Assembly: GCA_041557855.1 (NCBI GenBank) | Contig: JBFFFS010000001.1 | Span: 1 to 48,462, forward strand | Direction: 5' to 3' | DNA from: Roseobacter sp. | Lineage (GTDB): Bacteria; Pseudomonadota; Alphaproteobacteria; Rhodobacterales; Rhodobacteraceae | DNA length: 48,462 nt | Part shown: positions 17,351 through 27,650 of the stretch, piece after piece | How the letters are laid out: each line of letters begins with the position of its first letter | How positions within the stretch are numbered: the first letter of the stretch is position 1 | Program-made: the position numbers and the translations under genes | The notes under the pieces: generated by a model | What the model was told of the DNA's origin: nothing | What the model saw: the letters and a program-made list of their open reading frames with translations, nothing else | The model's database searches: none

Positions 17351-18186
17351 CAGCGCAGTCTCGGCTTGGGGGCCGTATCGCCAAAGACATGTTCCGGCCC
17401 GGGAAACTTGCGGGCCCGCACCTCTTCCGCATAAGAGGCAATCGCCCCTTCCGCCAGCGCTCCCAGATCAGCGTAGCGCTTGACGAACTTCGCCTTGAAA
17501 GCAGTGAACAGTCCCAGCATGTCGTCGAGAACCAACACCTGCCCGTCGCAGCCTGCCGATGCCCCGATGCCGATAGTCGGTATATCCACTTCAGCCGTGA
17601 TGCGGTCCGCCAGCGACTGCGGAACCTTTTCAAGCACGACCGCGAAGGCACCCGCTTTCGCCACGGCCTGCGCATCGCGCATCATCACCTCGCCCTGCGC
17701 ACCGCGCCCCTGCACCGTATAGCCACCCAGCGTGTTGATCGATTGCGGTGTGAGGCCGATATGCGCCATGACCGGAATGCCCCGGTTAACCAGAAATTCG
17801 ATGGTCGGCGCCATGTGAGAACCGCCTTCCAGCTTGACGGCCCCAGCTCCGGTCTCGCGCATCAGCCGCGCGGCGCTGTCAAATGCCTGCTCCGGGCTGC
17901 GCTCGTAGCTGCCGAAGGGCATGTCGATCACCATCATCGCACGAGACAATCCGCGCGACACCGCCTTGCCGTGCAGAATCATCATCTCCATCGTGACCTC
18001 CAGCGTCGAGGTCAGCCCATGCAGAACCATGCCGACGCTGTCGCCGACCAGCACGAAATCGCAATGCTCATCCATCATCTGCGCCATTGGAGTGGTATAA
18101 GCAGTCAGGCTGACAAGAGGTTCTCCGCCTTTCCGCGCCCGGATATCGGCCGGCATAGGTCTGCTTTTCTTCGCGGTCGCACTCAT
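17350..18186 (-). CDS. panB: 3-methyl-2-oxobutanoate hydroxymethyltransferase
   Basis: LTAY, LVGDS, DMPFGSY, VKLEGG, HIGLTPQ, IGIGA...DGQVLV; GGAG RBS before ATG at 18186. Confidence 0.97.
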   Translation of the reverse strand: MSATAKKSRPMPADIRARKGGEPLVSLTAYTTPMAQMMDEHCDFVLVGDSVGMVLHGLTSTLEVTMEMMILHGKAVSRGLSRAMMVIDMPFGSYERSPEQAFDSAARLMRETGAGAVKLEGGSHMAPTIEFLVNRGIPVMAHIGLTPQSINTLGGYTVQGRGAQGEVMMRDAQAVAKAGAFAVVLEKVPQSLADRITAEVDIPTIGIGASAGCDGQVLVLDDMLGLFTAFKAKFVKRYADLGALAEGAIASYAEEVRARKFPGPEHVFGDTAPKPRLR

Positions 18187-18337
18187 CGCCACGTCTCCCA
18201 AGTTGCGTGAGACACTGACTATCAAGGGGTTTTGGCTAAATCCACCGGCAAAGCGACCTGCCCACTCTTGATTGGCGCCGCGTTTCTCGTGACACTGTCG
18301 TTGACGCGACAGACGCGTTTTACCGGACGGGAACCCC

Positions 18338-19810
18338 ATGCAACCGATCAGAACCAGCCTACTCGCTCTCGCCTTGGCAGGCGCTACCGCCGCTCAGGCG
18401 CAGACCAACATCACCGTTGCCCTCCAGCTCGAGCCACCACACCTCGATCCGACTTCCGCGGCCGCCGGGGCCATCGATCAGGTTCTCTATTCCAATGTCT
18501 TCGAAGGGCTGACGCGGTTCATGGCCGACGGCTCGATCGTGCCCGGACTGGCCAAGTCCTGGAAGATTTCGGAAGATGGGCTGACCTACACCTTCAGTTT
18601 GCAGGGAGGTGTCACCTTCCACGACGGCACCACCATGGATGCCGAAGACGTCAAGTTCACCTTCGACCGCATTCTTGCCGACGACAGCGCGAACGCCCAA
18701 AAGGCGCTGTATGCGGCTATCTCCTCGGTCGAGGTGCTGGACCCTCTGACCGTTCGAATGACCCTGTCAGAGCCGAACGGCAACATGTTGTTCAATCTTG
18801 CCTGGGGGGACGCGGTGATCGTCGCTCCCGAAAGCATTGACGGCATCAAGCAAAATCCGATCGGTACCGGCGCCTTCAAATTCGCGGAATGGGTCCAGTC
18901 CGACCGGATTGAACTGCAGCGCAACGATGCGTACTGGGGAACCGCTGCTCCGCTGGAGGCAGCGACCTTCAAGTTCATCTCCGACCCCACTGCCGCTTTC
19001 GCCTCCGTCATGGCCGAAGACGTGGATTATTTCTTCAGTTTCCCAGCCCCCGAGAATCTGCCGCAATTTGACGCCGATCCGCGTTTCCAGGTGCTGGTCG
19101 GCTCCACCGAGGGAGAGGTCATCCTATCCACCAACAACAAGATGCCGCCTTTTGATAATCCGCTGGTGCGGGAGGCGATGGCGCACGCAATTGACCGTCA
19201 GGCCATTATCGACGGCGCCATGTTCGGCTACGGCACACCCATCGGCACGCATTTCGCGCCGCATCATCCCGCCTATGTGGACCTGACCGCGCAATCCGCC
19301 CATGACCCCGACAAGGCCCGTGCGCTACTGGCCGAAGCAGGTCTTGCGGATGGTTTTGAAACCACATTGCATCTGCCGCCCCCCTCCTACGCCCGCCGGG
19401 GCGGCGAAATCATTGCGGCGCAACTGGCCGCAGTCGGGATCACCGCAAAGATCATCAACGTGGAATGGGCACAATGGCTGGAATCGGTCTTTCGCGGCAA
19501 GAATTTCGGCCTGACCATCGTCATGCATTCCGAACCCTTCGATATCGGTATCTACGCCAACCCGGACTACTACTTCCAATACGATAATCCGGCGTTTCAA
19601 ACCCTCATGGCGCAGCTCAATGCCACAACCGATCCGGACACACGCGTCGAAATGCTGCAATCCGCGCAGAGAATCATCGCCGACGATTACGTGAACGGAT
19701 ACCTCTTCCAGCTGGCCAATACCTCCGTCGCGAAGGCCGGATTGAAAGGTCTTTGGGCCAACGCACCGACCCAGGCGACCGATTTGACCAGCGTCAGCTG
19801 GGCCGATTGA
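18338..19810 (+). CDS. Peptide/nickel ABC transporter substrate-binding protein (family 5)
   Basis: Signal peptide; [55 protein letters not shown]. Confidence 0.92.
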   Translation: MQPIRTSLLALALAGATAAQAQTNITVALQLEPPHLDPTSAAAGAIDQVLYSNVFEGLTRFMADGSIVPGLAKSWKISEDGLTYTFSLQGGVTFHDGTTMDAEDVKFTFDRILADDSANAQKALYAAISSVEVLDPLTVRMTLSEPNGNMLFNLAWGDAVIVAPESIDGIKQNPIGTGAFKFAEWVQSDRIELQRNDAYWGTAAPLEAATFKFISDPTAAFASVMAEDVDYFFSFPAPENLPQFDADPRFQVLVGSTEGEVILSTNNKMPPFDNPLVREAMAHAIDRQAIIDGAMFGYGTPIGTHFAPHHPAYVDLTAQSAHDPDKARALLAEAGLADGFETTLHLPPPSYARRGGEIIAAQLAAVGITAKIINVEWAQWLESVFRGKNFGLTIVMHSEPFDIGIYANPDYYFQYDNPAFQTLMAQLNATTDPDTRVEMLQSAQRIIADDYVNGYLFQLANTSVAKAGLKGLWANAPTQATDLTSVSWAD

Positions 19811-19872
19811 AGCAAAAAAAATCTTGCGCCCTGTCAGCCGAAGTCTCGGAAAACCCGGGACTTCCGCGATGC

Positions 19873-19891
19873 GGTTAATGGAAAATTAACC
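19873..19891. promoter_or_regulatory. CtrA-binding site
   Basis: GGTTAA-TGGAAAA-TTAACC = TTAA-N7-TTAAC full consensus, in an AT-rich spacer upstream of the 69-aa gene. Confidence 0.7.
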
Positions 19892-20080
19892 ATGATCTCA
19901 CCATACATGATCGTATGGGCCGGTTCTTTTGCTTCAAAATTGAGCAGTTTCACACAACTTTCACGTGAAATTACTCACGATATGTAGTAAACTGAAATAT
20001 ATCATTCGATAACGTGATATGGGTGGTGCCAACGGGGACCCGCAGTCTAGCTAGCTGCGACGCAGATCAGGGAGAGATCA

Positions 20081-20290
20081 ATGACAGAAATAGAGAAGCG
20101 TGCCATTGAACTGGAAAATCGGGCGAGAACCGCGGATGCAAAAGAACGTCTGAAACTACAACCGCAGATCGATGCCATCGTGACCAAGCTCTCCTCCGAT
20201 GGCCATCGCGTCTCGACGAACCTGCGTCAGCTGAACCGCACGCTGAATGAAGAAGCCATCGAAGACATGTTTGACAATCTACCCGTCTAA
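20081..20290 (+). CDS. Small helical hypothetical protein
   Basis: 69 aa, GGGAGAG RBS, protein-like composition, C-terminus EAIEDMFDNLPV. Confidence 0.75.
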   Translation: MTEIEKRAIELENRARTADAKERLKLQPQIDAIVTKLSSDGHRVSTNLRQLNRTLNEEAIEDMFDNLPV

Positions 20291-20302
20291 CGGGACAGGC
20301 GG

Positions 20303-20653
20303 TCAGCGCGCACAATCCACGCAGCATTGCGTGGTCGGGTCGAGGTCAAGTCTGCCTACCCCGATGAATTCACCGCATTCGCTGCACCAGCCAAAGTCTT
20401 CGCCCTGCAGACGGTCGAGCGCTGCGGCAATCGCCCGTCCCCGCCCGTCACGGCGGCTCTGCATCGCCTTGGCCATCGCCTGGCCCTGCAACGCATCCAT
20501 GCGGGACAAACGTCCGACACTTTGCTGATCCAGAACCACGGGCGCACGCGCGTCCTTCGTATATTCGGCGGCAGCGTCCATCTCTCTCAATTCGGCCTGT
20601 AGCCGGGCGGTATAGCGCGCGCGGCAGTCCTCGGGTGAAAGTGGATCGGTCAT
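20303..20653 (-). CDS. TraR/DksA family C4 zinc-finger protein
   Basis: LDQQSVGRLSRMDALQ coiled coil; AALDRL...FGWCSECGE.I...RL...P....CVDC. Confidence 0.88.
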   Translation of the reverse strand: MTDPLSPEDCRARYTARLQAELREMDAAAEYTKDARAPVVLDQQSVGRLSRMDALQGQAMAKAMQSRRDGRGRAIAAALDRLQGEDFGWCSECGEFIGVGRLDLDPTTQCCVDCAR

Positions 20654-20702
20654 GAGGTCAGGCTACCATGAAACGCGGATGGGGCAAGGCAGGCGCAATT
20701 CG

Positions 20703-21818
20703 TCACGGAGACATGCGCCGGTTGAGATGCGCCACTCGGTCCTTTATGACATCTCTCACCGGCCCGGGGCGCGGCACATCGCGCAGAGTTGTAAACCAAT
20801 GCTCGGGCGGATTCCTGCCGCGCCTGTTGCCCTCGAAACGCAGACCGCGCAGGACCGCCTCAGCTTTTGGCGGCAGACGGTCTGGTATCTCGTGGCCGTT
20901 CAGGGTTGCCCATACCCCTGTCCACAGCCTGCCCACCGACCAGGGGTTATACCCGCCTCCTCCCAGTACCAGCAGGCGCGGGGAAAGTCCCATGAGAGAG
21001 CGGGTCACCTCCCAATGGGCGTTGTTACTGAGCGCCAGATGTGACAGCGGATCCTCCTCCACCCCATCTGCCCCGCAAAGCAGCACGACCGCGTCGGGAC
21101 GGAAAGCCGTCACCTGCGGCAGGATAAGTGCTTCGCGGATAAAAGCCATCTCACTGTCATTCAGCCCACGCGGCACAGGCAGGTTGAGCGCCGAGCCGCC
21201 CGCGTCATCCTCCAGCAGTCCCGTGCGGGGCCAGAGCCGCTCCTCGTGTACAGAGATCATCAGACACTCGGGGTCACCGTGAAAGCCCATGGCGACGCCG
21301 TCGCAATGATGTGCATCGATATCCACATAGGCGATGCGGCGCACACCGTTGCGCCGCAGGCTCAGCATCGCCAGGACCGGGTCGTTCAGATAGCAAAACC
21401 CGTTCGCCCGGTCGGGCATTCCGTGATGCGTACCCCCGGGCGGATTGTAGATGATCCCGCCCTTACGCAGCAATTCACCGGCAAGCAGAGATCCACCCGC
21501 CGCCGTGGCCGGACGGCGAAATATCTCCGCATAGACCGGATTGGTAACGCTGCCGATGTCATGCCGTTTGAAATCTTCAGGCGTCGCCTTCTGTGTGATC
21601 TCCACCCTCTGCAGGGCTGCGATGTAATCGGGCGTGTGCCAGACATGCAAAGCTTTTGGCTTGGCACGCGGCGCGGTGATGAACTGCGCGCGCGGCAACC
21701 AACCCATGGCACGGCTCAGATCCATTACCGTCGATACGCGCGGCACCCGCAACGGATGCCAGCGCCCGTAACTGGAGTGGCGGAAGATTTCGGAGCCGAT
21801 CAGGCGGGGACTGTCCAT
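20703..21818 (-). CDS. acuC: AcuC / histone deacetylase family Zn-dependent deacylase
   Basis: GGTHHG, GFCYLND, YVDIDAHHCDGV, CGADGVEEDPLS, LGGGGY. Confidence 0.88.
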   Translation of the reverse strand: MDSPRLIGSEIFRHSSYGRWHPLRVPRVSTVMDLSRAMGWLPRAQFITAPRAKPKALHVWHTPDYIAALQRVEITQKATPEDFKRHDIGSVTNPVYAEIFRRPATAAGGSLLAGELLRKGGIIYNPPGGTHHGMPDRANGFCYLNDPVLAMLSLRRNGVRRIAYVDIDAHHCDGVAMGFHGDPECLMISVHEERLWPRTGLLEDDAGGSALNLPVPRGLNDSEMAFIREALILPQVTAFRPDAVVLLCGADGVEEDPLSHLALSNNAHWEVTRSLMGLSPRLLVLGGGGYNPWSVGRLWTGVWATLNGHEIPDRLPPKAEAVLRGLRFEGNRRGRNPPEHWFTTLRDVPRPGPVRDVIKDRVAHLNRRMSP

Positions 21819-21894
21819 ATGCCGAAAGTAATCCGAGCAGGACAGGCTACAAGCCCTCTGGACCCGCGCCCTGACGCCGCCTAACGTGACCGTG

Positions 21895-22842
21895 ATGCAG
21901 CGCTATCTCCTCAAACGTCTGGGCTCGCTGATGCTCAGCCTCGCTGTCGCCTCCATGGTGATCTTCACGGTGATCGAAGTGGCGCCCGGCGATCCGGCGG
22001 CCTTCATGCTTGGTATTAATGCACAACCCGAAACACTCGCGGCGCTGCGCAGCGAACTTGGTCTCGACGTACCCAAGATAGAACGGTACTTCACCTGGAT
22101 CAGCGGCATGCTCACAGGCGACTTCGGCACCTCCTACACCTACCGCACACCGGTATCGCAGATGGTTGCGGACCGCATCGGTGTCTCTCTACCGCTTGCC
22201 TTTTACGCGCTGGTTCTGTCCATTCTGATTGCCGTTCCAGCAGGGCTCTATGCCGCTTCCCGCCGAGGGGATGTCGGTGACACCGCGGTGGTGGGTGCAA
22301 CTCAGATGGGCGTCGCAATTCCCAATTTCTGGTTCGCGATGATGCTGGTCCTGGTCTTTGCCATCAAGCTGCGATGGTTTCCGGCGGGCGGATTTCCCGG
22401 TTGGGACAAATCAGTTTGGGACAGTCTCAAATCGCTGACCCTGCCCGCCATCGCCCTCGCTTTGCCACAGGCCGCCATTCTGACGCGCGTGATGCGCTCG
22501 GCGCTGCTCGACGTACTGGGCGAGGACTACATGCGCACCGCCCGCGCTAAGGGACTAACGCAGTCACAGACGCTCTGGCGGCACGGCGTGCGCAACGCGC
22601 TGATCCCCGTGCTGACAATAGTCGGCCTGCAGTTCTCGTTTCTCTTTGCCGGCACCATCATCATCGAGCAGGTCTTCTATCTTCCCGGGCTGGGGCGGTT
22701 GATCTTCCAGTCAATCTCGGCACGTGACCTGATTGTAGTCGAAAGCGTCGTCATGCTGGTGGTTTTCGGAGTCATCATGATCAACTTCCTCGTCGATCTG
22801 GCGTACGCGGCTGTCGATCCCAGACTAAGGCTGCGCACGTGA
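21895..22842 (+). CDS. Peptide ABC transporter permease (DppB-like)
   Basis: PGDPA, GDFGTSY, EAA loop DYMRTARAKGL, VDLAYAAVDPR. Confidence 0.92.
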   Translation: MQRYLLKRLGSLMLSLAVASMVIFTVIEVAPGDPAAFMLGINAQPETLAALRSELGLDVPKIERYFTWISGMLTGDFGTSYTYRTPVSQMVADRIGVSLPLAFYALVLSILIAVPAGLYAASRRGDVGDTAVVGATQMGVAIPNFWFAMMLVLVFAIKLRWFPAGGFPGWDKSVWDSLKSLTLPAIALALPQAAILTRVMRSALLDVLGEDYMRTARAKGLTQSQTLWRHGVRNALIPVLTIVGLQFSFLFAGTIIIEQVFYLPGLGRLIFQSISARDLIVVESVVMLVVFGVIMINFLVDLAYAAVDPRLRLRT

Positions 22843-23654
22843 ACCGGCAACTGATCCTCGGCGCGAGCCTGTCGCTCGTGTTTGCAATTCTGGCGCTGCT
22901 GTCGCTGGTCTGGACGCCCTTTGATCACACTTTCCTCGATATTCCCGGCAAGCTGAAGCCGCCCGGCGGCGCGCATCTGATGGGCACGGACCACCTTGGC
23001 CGCGATATGTTCAGTATGGTGATGGTCGGCGCACGGACGTCGATCGCGGTGGCGGCCCTGGCGCTGGCCATCGGTCTGGCCATCGGCGTGCCTTTGGGGC
23101 TGGCAGCGGCGGCCCGCTCGGGCGGATGGCTCGACGAATCCATCATGCGAGCCAACGACATCATCTTTGCATTCCCATTGCTGGTCATGGCGATCCTCAT
23201 CACCGCCGTTTTCGGGCCCTCGGCGGTGAATGCCATCGTCGCCTTCGGCATATTCAACATACCCGTCTTCGCCCGCGTCACCCGTGGCGCTGCCCTGCCC
23301 CTGTGGGAGAGGGAGTTCATCATGGCCGCACGTGTCGCCGGGAAAGCCGCGCCGCGTATCTCGGTCGAGCATATCCTGCCGAACCTCACCAATCTGCTGA
23401 TTGTCCAGGGCACCATACAGTTCGCATTGGGTATTCAGGTCGAGGCAGCGCTTTCCTTCGTCGGTCTCGGTGTGCAACCGCCGACACCCTCACTGGGCCG
23501 GATGCTGTCGGACGCACAAACGCTGGTCACGCTGGCGCCACATCTGGCCATCGTGCCCGGTGTCGCCATCATTCTCATCGTGCTGGGCCTCAACCGTCTG
23601 GGCGACGGGCTACGCGATGCGCAGGACCCCCGGCTGAAGGTGCGCCGCGTATGA
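22839..23654 (+). CDS. Peptide ABC transporter permease (DppC-like)
   Basis: HLMGTDHLGRD, EFIMAARVAG, HILPN, LGDGLRDAQDP; GTGA overlap. Confidence 0.92.
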   Translation: MNRQLILGASLSLVFAILALLSLVWTPFDHTFLDIPGKLKPPGGAHLMGTDHLGRDMFSMVMVGARTSIAVAALALAIGLAIGVPLGLAAAARSGGWLDESIMRANDIIFAFPLLVMAILITAVFGPSAVNAIVAFGIFNIPVFARVTRGAALPLWEREFIMAARVAGKAAPRISVEHILPNLTNLLIVQGTIQFALGIQVEAALSFVGLGVQPPTPSLGRMLSDAQTLVTLAPHLAIVPGVAIILIVLGLNRLGDGLRDAQDPRLKVRRV

Positions 23655-25255
23655 GCCTGCTGAGCCTAAGCGACCTGTCGGTCTCGATTCACGGCTTCCC
23701 GGTCTTGCGCGGTGTTTCGCTGGACATGGCCGAGGGCGAGATTCTCGCCCTGACCGGCGAAAGCGGCTCCGGCAAATCGATGACAGCGCTGGCTGCGATG
23801 CAGCTTCTGCCGCCTGGCGCCGAGGTCTCGGGACACGTCCATCTCGGAGGCAAGTCCCTCACCGATCTCAGCGAAGCCGAACTTTGCAGCCTGCGCGGAA
23901 ATGATATCGGCATGGTCTTTCAGGAACCGATGACCGCCCTGAACCCAGTGCATACGATCGGCGCGCAGGTGGCAGAAACGATACGCATCCACAGCGACAC
24001 CAGCAGCGCCGACGCCCGCCGACGCGCGGCCGAAACCCTTGAGCGCGTTGGTCTGCCTGGCGACCGGTTCCCACCCGGCCGCTATCCGCACGAATTGTCC
24101 GGCGGGCAGCGCCAGCGAGTGGTGATTGCAATGGCGGTGGCCCGTCGCCCCCGTCTGCTGATCGCTGACGAACCGACCACCGCGCTGGATGTGACCACGC
24201 AGGCGCAGATTCTGAAGCTTCTGGTCTCTTTGGCCCGCGAAACCGGCATGGGCCTGCTGCTTATCACTCATGATCTGGCGGTGGTCTCGCAGGTCGCCGA
24301 CCGAGTCGCCGTGATGAAGCTGGGTGAAATTGTCGAGACCGGAGCAACACGCGACATCCTCGTCCGGCCCCGCCATCCGTACACCCGCATGCTGCGCGCG
24401 GCCTCCACACTCGCGGTCGATCTGCCCCCCCAGCCCGATCCCACACCGCTGCTCGAGGTGCACCGGGTAACGCGCCGCTACCGGCTGCCGCGTCGCAGGC
24501 TGCTACATGCGCCCGGCGAGGTGACGGCAGTGAATAGTGTCAGCTTTTCGCTTGCGCGAGGCGAGCGCCTCGGCCTCGTCGGCGAAAGCGGGTGCGGAAA
24601 ATCGACCCTCACTCGTGCCCTGCTGGGCCTTGAACCAGTCCAGTCCGGCACCATCACCATCGGCGGGAAGCCCGTTCTTGCGGGCGGGCGCGCCTCGAAG
24701 GCCGCACGGCGTCGCATGCAGGTTGTCTTTCAAGACCCGTTCGGCAGCTTCAATCCGCGCCACAGGGTGGAAAGACTCGTAAGCGAACCTTTCCATTTGC
24801 TGGATGATCCGCCCACCGGACCCGCTCGCACCGCTGCCGTGGCCGAGGCTTTGCAGTCGGTCGGTCTGAAGCCGCAGGACGCAACACGCTACATCCACGA
24901 ATTCTCCGGAGGGCAACGTCAGCGGATCGCAATCGCGCGCGCCCTCATCATCCGGCCGGAGTTGATCGTCCTCGATGAAGCAGTCTCCGCGCTTGACGTC
25001 TCGGTGCGCGCCCAGATTCTGCAACTTCTGGCCGAAATATGCCGCACGCATCAGTTGGGGTATCTCTTCATTTCCCATGATCTCTCAGTCGTCCGCTCTG
25101 TCACCGATCGCATCATGGTTATGCGTCAGGGCACCATCGTCGAAAGCGGAGACACGCAATCCGTCTTTACCAACCCGCAACATGACTACACCAGAATGCT
25201 GCTCGACGCCGCGCCGCTTCTGCCGGACGTACCCGAGCCGGACACGAGTCCATGA
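23651..25255 (+). CDS. Peptide ABC transporter ATP-binding protein, two fused ATPase domains
   Basis: GESGSGKS and GESGCGKS, two SGGQRQR signatures; start at MSLLSLS (ATGA overlap with dppC). Confidence 0.92.
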   Translation: MSLLSLSDLSVSIHGFPVLRGVSLDMAEGEILALTGESGSGKSMTALAAMQLLPPGAEVSGHVHLGGKSLTDLSEAELCSLRGNDIGMVFQEPMTALNPVHTIGAQVAETIRIHSDTSSADARRRAAETLERVGLPGDRFPPGRYPHELSGGQRQRVVIAMAVARRPRLLIADEPTTALDVTTQAQILKLLVSLARETGMGLLLITHDLAVVSQVADRVAVMKLGEIVETGATRDILVRPRHPYTRMLRAASTLAVDLPPQPDPTPLLEVHRVTRRYRLPRRRLLHAPGEVTAVNSVSFSLARGERLGLVGESGCGKSTLTRALLGLEPVQSGTITIGGKPVLAGGRASKAARRRMQVVFQDPFGSFNPRHRVERLVSEPFHLLDDPPTGPARTAAVAEALQSVGLKPQDATRYIHEFSGGQRQRIAIARALIIRPELIVLDEAVSALDVSVRAQILQLLAEICRTHQLGYLFISHDLSVVRSVTDRIMVMRQGTIVESGDTQSVFTNPQHDYTRMLLDAAPLLPDVPEPDTSP

Positions 25256-25752
25256 TCGATCCCATCACGCTCTCGCCGATGACCTATGCTGCCCATGCAG
25301 AGGACGCACTCGATCTGGCCACCCGCGCCGCCGACTACGTCACGCTGGAAGTCGGGCACGCTCCCGACGCCGGCTACGTGACGGGGTTCTTTTCCGCCAC
25401 AACTCCCGGGCTAAGCGAGGATTTCCTGCAGCATTTCGCGATCATGGAAGGCACCGCCATGTCCGGCATGGTCTGCATCGCAAAGGGATATGAATTCCCA
25501 GAAGACTGGTGGATCGGGCTTTTGCTGATCGATCCGGCCTTTCGCGGGCGGGGAATTGGCCGTAAGGTTCTACGTAGCTTGCGAGAACGCGCGCGAAGGC
25601 AGGACGTCGCCATGCTCAAACTCTCGGTTCTGCAAGCCAACCCGTGCGGGCTCAGGTTCTGGCGCCGCGAAGGCTTTGTTCATCACCGCGACGCCCCGGC
25701 CCTGCCCGGCAGCGACGGGCCCGATCGCGTTGTTCTGAAATACCTGCTCTGA
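25252..25752 (+). CDS. GNAT family N-acetyltransferase
   Basis: LLLIDPAFRGRGIG motif A; N...LRFW.REGF. Confidence 0.85.
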   Translation: MIDPITLSPMTYAAHAEDALDLATRAADYVTLEVGHAPDAGYVTGFFSATTPGLSEDFLQHFAIMEGTAMSGMVCIAKGYEFPEDWWIGLLLIDPAFRGRGIGRKVLRSLRERARRQDVAMLKLSVLQANPCGLRFWRREGFVHHRDAPALPGSDGPDRVVLKYLL

Positions 25753-25765
25753 AGGAGGGAACCAC

Positions 25766-26512
25766 ATGCGACTGACTGGCAAAACCGCTCTCATCACCGG
25801 GGCCGCGTCCGGGTTCGGCGCCGGCATCGCGCGCAAGTTCACCTCCGAAGGCGCACGGGTCATGGTGGCAGACATCAATGCTTCGGCCGCACGGGACATG
25901 GCCGACCAACTGGGAGATCACGCCTTTTCACACCAGGTCGATGTGGCAGACGCCGCTTCGGTAGCGAAAATGGCCACCGCCGCGCGAGAGGCCTGGGGTC
26001 ATGTCGATATCCTCGTCAATAACGCCGGGGTCACCCATCTTCCTCAGCCCATGGAAGAAGTCAGCGATGCCGATTTCGACCGCGTGATGACGGTGAACAT
26101 GAAATCCATCTACCTCACAGCGCGGGCCTTCGTGCCACAGATGAAATCGCGCGGCGCCGGCGCGATTCTCAATATAGCCTCGACCGCCGGTGTCTCCCCG
26201 CGTCCCCGGCTCAACTGGTACAACGCCTCCAAGGGTTGGGTCATCACCGCCACGAAGGCGATGGCTGTTGAACTGGCCCCGGAGGGCGTGCGGGTCAACG
26301 CGTTGAACCCGGTGGCCGGAGAGACCCCGCTGCTGAAATCCTTCATGGGAGAAGACACGCCAGAGATGCGCGCGAAATTCCTCGCGACCATTCCTCTTGG
26401 CCGCTTCTCGACGCCGCAGGATCTGGGCAACGCCGCCTGTTTCCTCTGCTCGGACGAAGCCAGCATGATCACCGGCGTGGCGCTCGAAGTGGACGGAGGG
26501 CGCTGCATATGA
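25766..26512 (+). CDS. Short-chain dehydrogenase/reductase (FabG-like)
   Basis: TGAASGFG, LVNNAG, YNASK, VDGG; AAGGAGG RBS. Confidence 0.9.
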   Translation: MRLTGKTALITGAASGFGAGIARKFTSEGARVMVADINASAARDMADQLGDHAFSHQVDVADAASVAKMATAAREAWGHVDILVNNAGVTHLPQPMEEVSDADFDRVMTVNMKSIYLTARAFVPQMKSRGAGAILNIASTAGVSPRPRLNWYNASKGWVITATKAMAVELAPEGVRVNALNPVAGETPLLKSFMGEDTPEMRAKFLATIPLGRFSTPQDLGNAACFLCSDEASMITGVALEVDGGRCI

Positions 26513-26597
26513 AAGCGATGCCGCGCCCATTGTTTAAAGCCGCGCAGTGCAGGTTATCCCACAGGCTCGGCGAAAAACCAGGAAACTCGCAAAACCT

Positions 26598-26633
26598 GCG
26601 TCTTTGGACCGGAAAATATCCTCGCCGAAGGCA
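26598..26633 (+). repeat. Dispersed intergenic repeat, copy B
   Basis: GCGTCTTTGGACCGGAAAATATCCTCGCCGAAGGCA. Confidence 0.55.
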
Positions 26634-26660
26634 TGGAATCTCTTCTGGAAAAAGGGCTCC

Positions 26661-27647
26661 ATGATGCGCCCCGGCCCGCGTAATCTCATCACCGACATCC
26701 CCGGGCTTCTGGTCGGCAACGCCGAGCACGACAGCCTGAAGTCGGGGGTCACTGTATTGACTGCGGATCATCCCTTCACAGCCTCCGTGCACGTGATGGG
26801 GGGCGCGCCGGGCAGCCGCGAAACCGATTTGCTGGATCCCGACAAATCGGTGGCCGAGGTGGATGCACTGGTTCTGTCCGGCGGCTCCGCTTTCGGGCTG
26901 GAGGCCTGTGCCGGGGTCACATCGGAACTGCGTGCAAGAGGGCGCGGCTTTGCCGTCGGCTCCGCACGAGTGCCGATCGTGCCCGGCGCGATCCTGTTCG
27001 ACCTGCTCAACGGCGGCGATCACGGCTGGAGCGAAAACCCCTATCCCGCGCTGGGGCGCGCCGCGCTCACATCCGTATCCGAAGACTTCAGGATCGGCAC
27101 AGCCGGTGCCGGTACGGGCGCTACGACGGCGATGCTGAAAGGGGGATTGGGCTCCGCGTCGCTGGTGCTGCCGGACGCTCACACCGTCGGGGCCCTCGTC
27201 GCTGCTAACCCGGTCGGCGCCGTCACCACGCCGGGCGACCGGCATTTCTACGCCGCCCCCTTCGAGATTGGAACTGAGTTTGGCGGTCTGGGCCCGGATC
27301 CGTCCGCCGGTCTCGGCATGGATTTGACCAGCCGAAAAAGACAGGCATTTACCGATACGGCGAATACAACCATCGCCGTGGTCGCCACGACCGCGAAACT
27401 GACCAAAACAGACTGCAAGCGCGTGGCCACCGCCGCTCATGACGGGATTGGCCGGGCATGTGTGCCCGCCCATACACCGATGGATGGCGATCTGGTCTTC
27501 GCTGTCTCACATGGGGAAAAACCCGGCGATCTGGCGCTCATCGGTCATGCTGCCGCTCTCTGCCTGACCCGCGCGATTGCCCGCGCGGTGCATGCCGCCA
27601 GCCCGAAGCCGGGCGATCTGCTGCCCTGCTGGCAGGATCTGAACTGA
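26661..27647 (+). CDS. P1 (S58/DmpA-like) autoproteolytic peptidase, NTT type
   Basis: NLITDIPGL.VG, GGAPGSRETD, LSGGSAFGL, GAGTGA, ANTTIAVVAT, HTPMDGD. Confidence 0.85.
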   Translation: MMRPGPRNLITDIPGLLVGNAEHDSLKSGVTVLTADHPFTASVHVMGGAPGSRETDLLDPDKSVAEVDALVLSGGSAFGLEACAGVTSELRARGRGFAVGSARVPIVPGAILFDLLNGGDHGWSENPYPALGRAALTSVSEDFRIGTAGAGTGATTAMLKGGLGSASLVLPDAHTVGALVAANPVGAVTTPGDRHFYAAPFEIGTEFGGLGPDPSAGLGMDLTSRKRQAFTDTANTTIAVVATTAKLTKTDCKRVATAAHDGIGRACVPAHTPMDGDLVFAVSHGEKPGDLALIGHAAALCLTRAIARAVHAASPKPGDLLPCWQDLN

Positions 27648-27650
27648 GCG

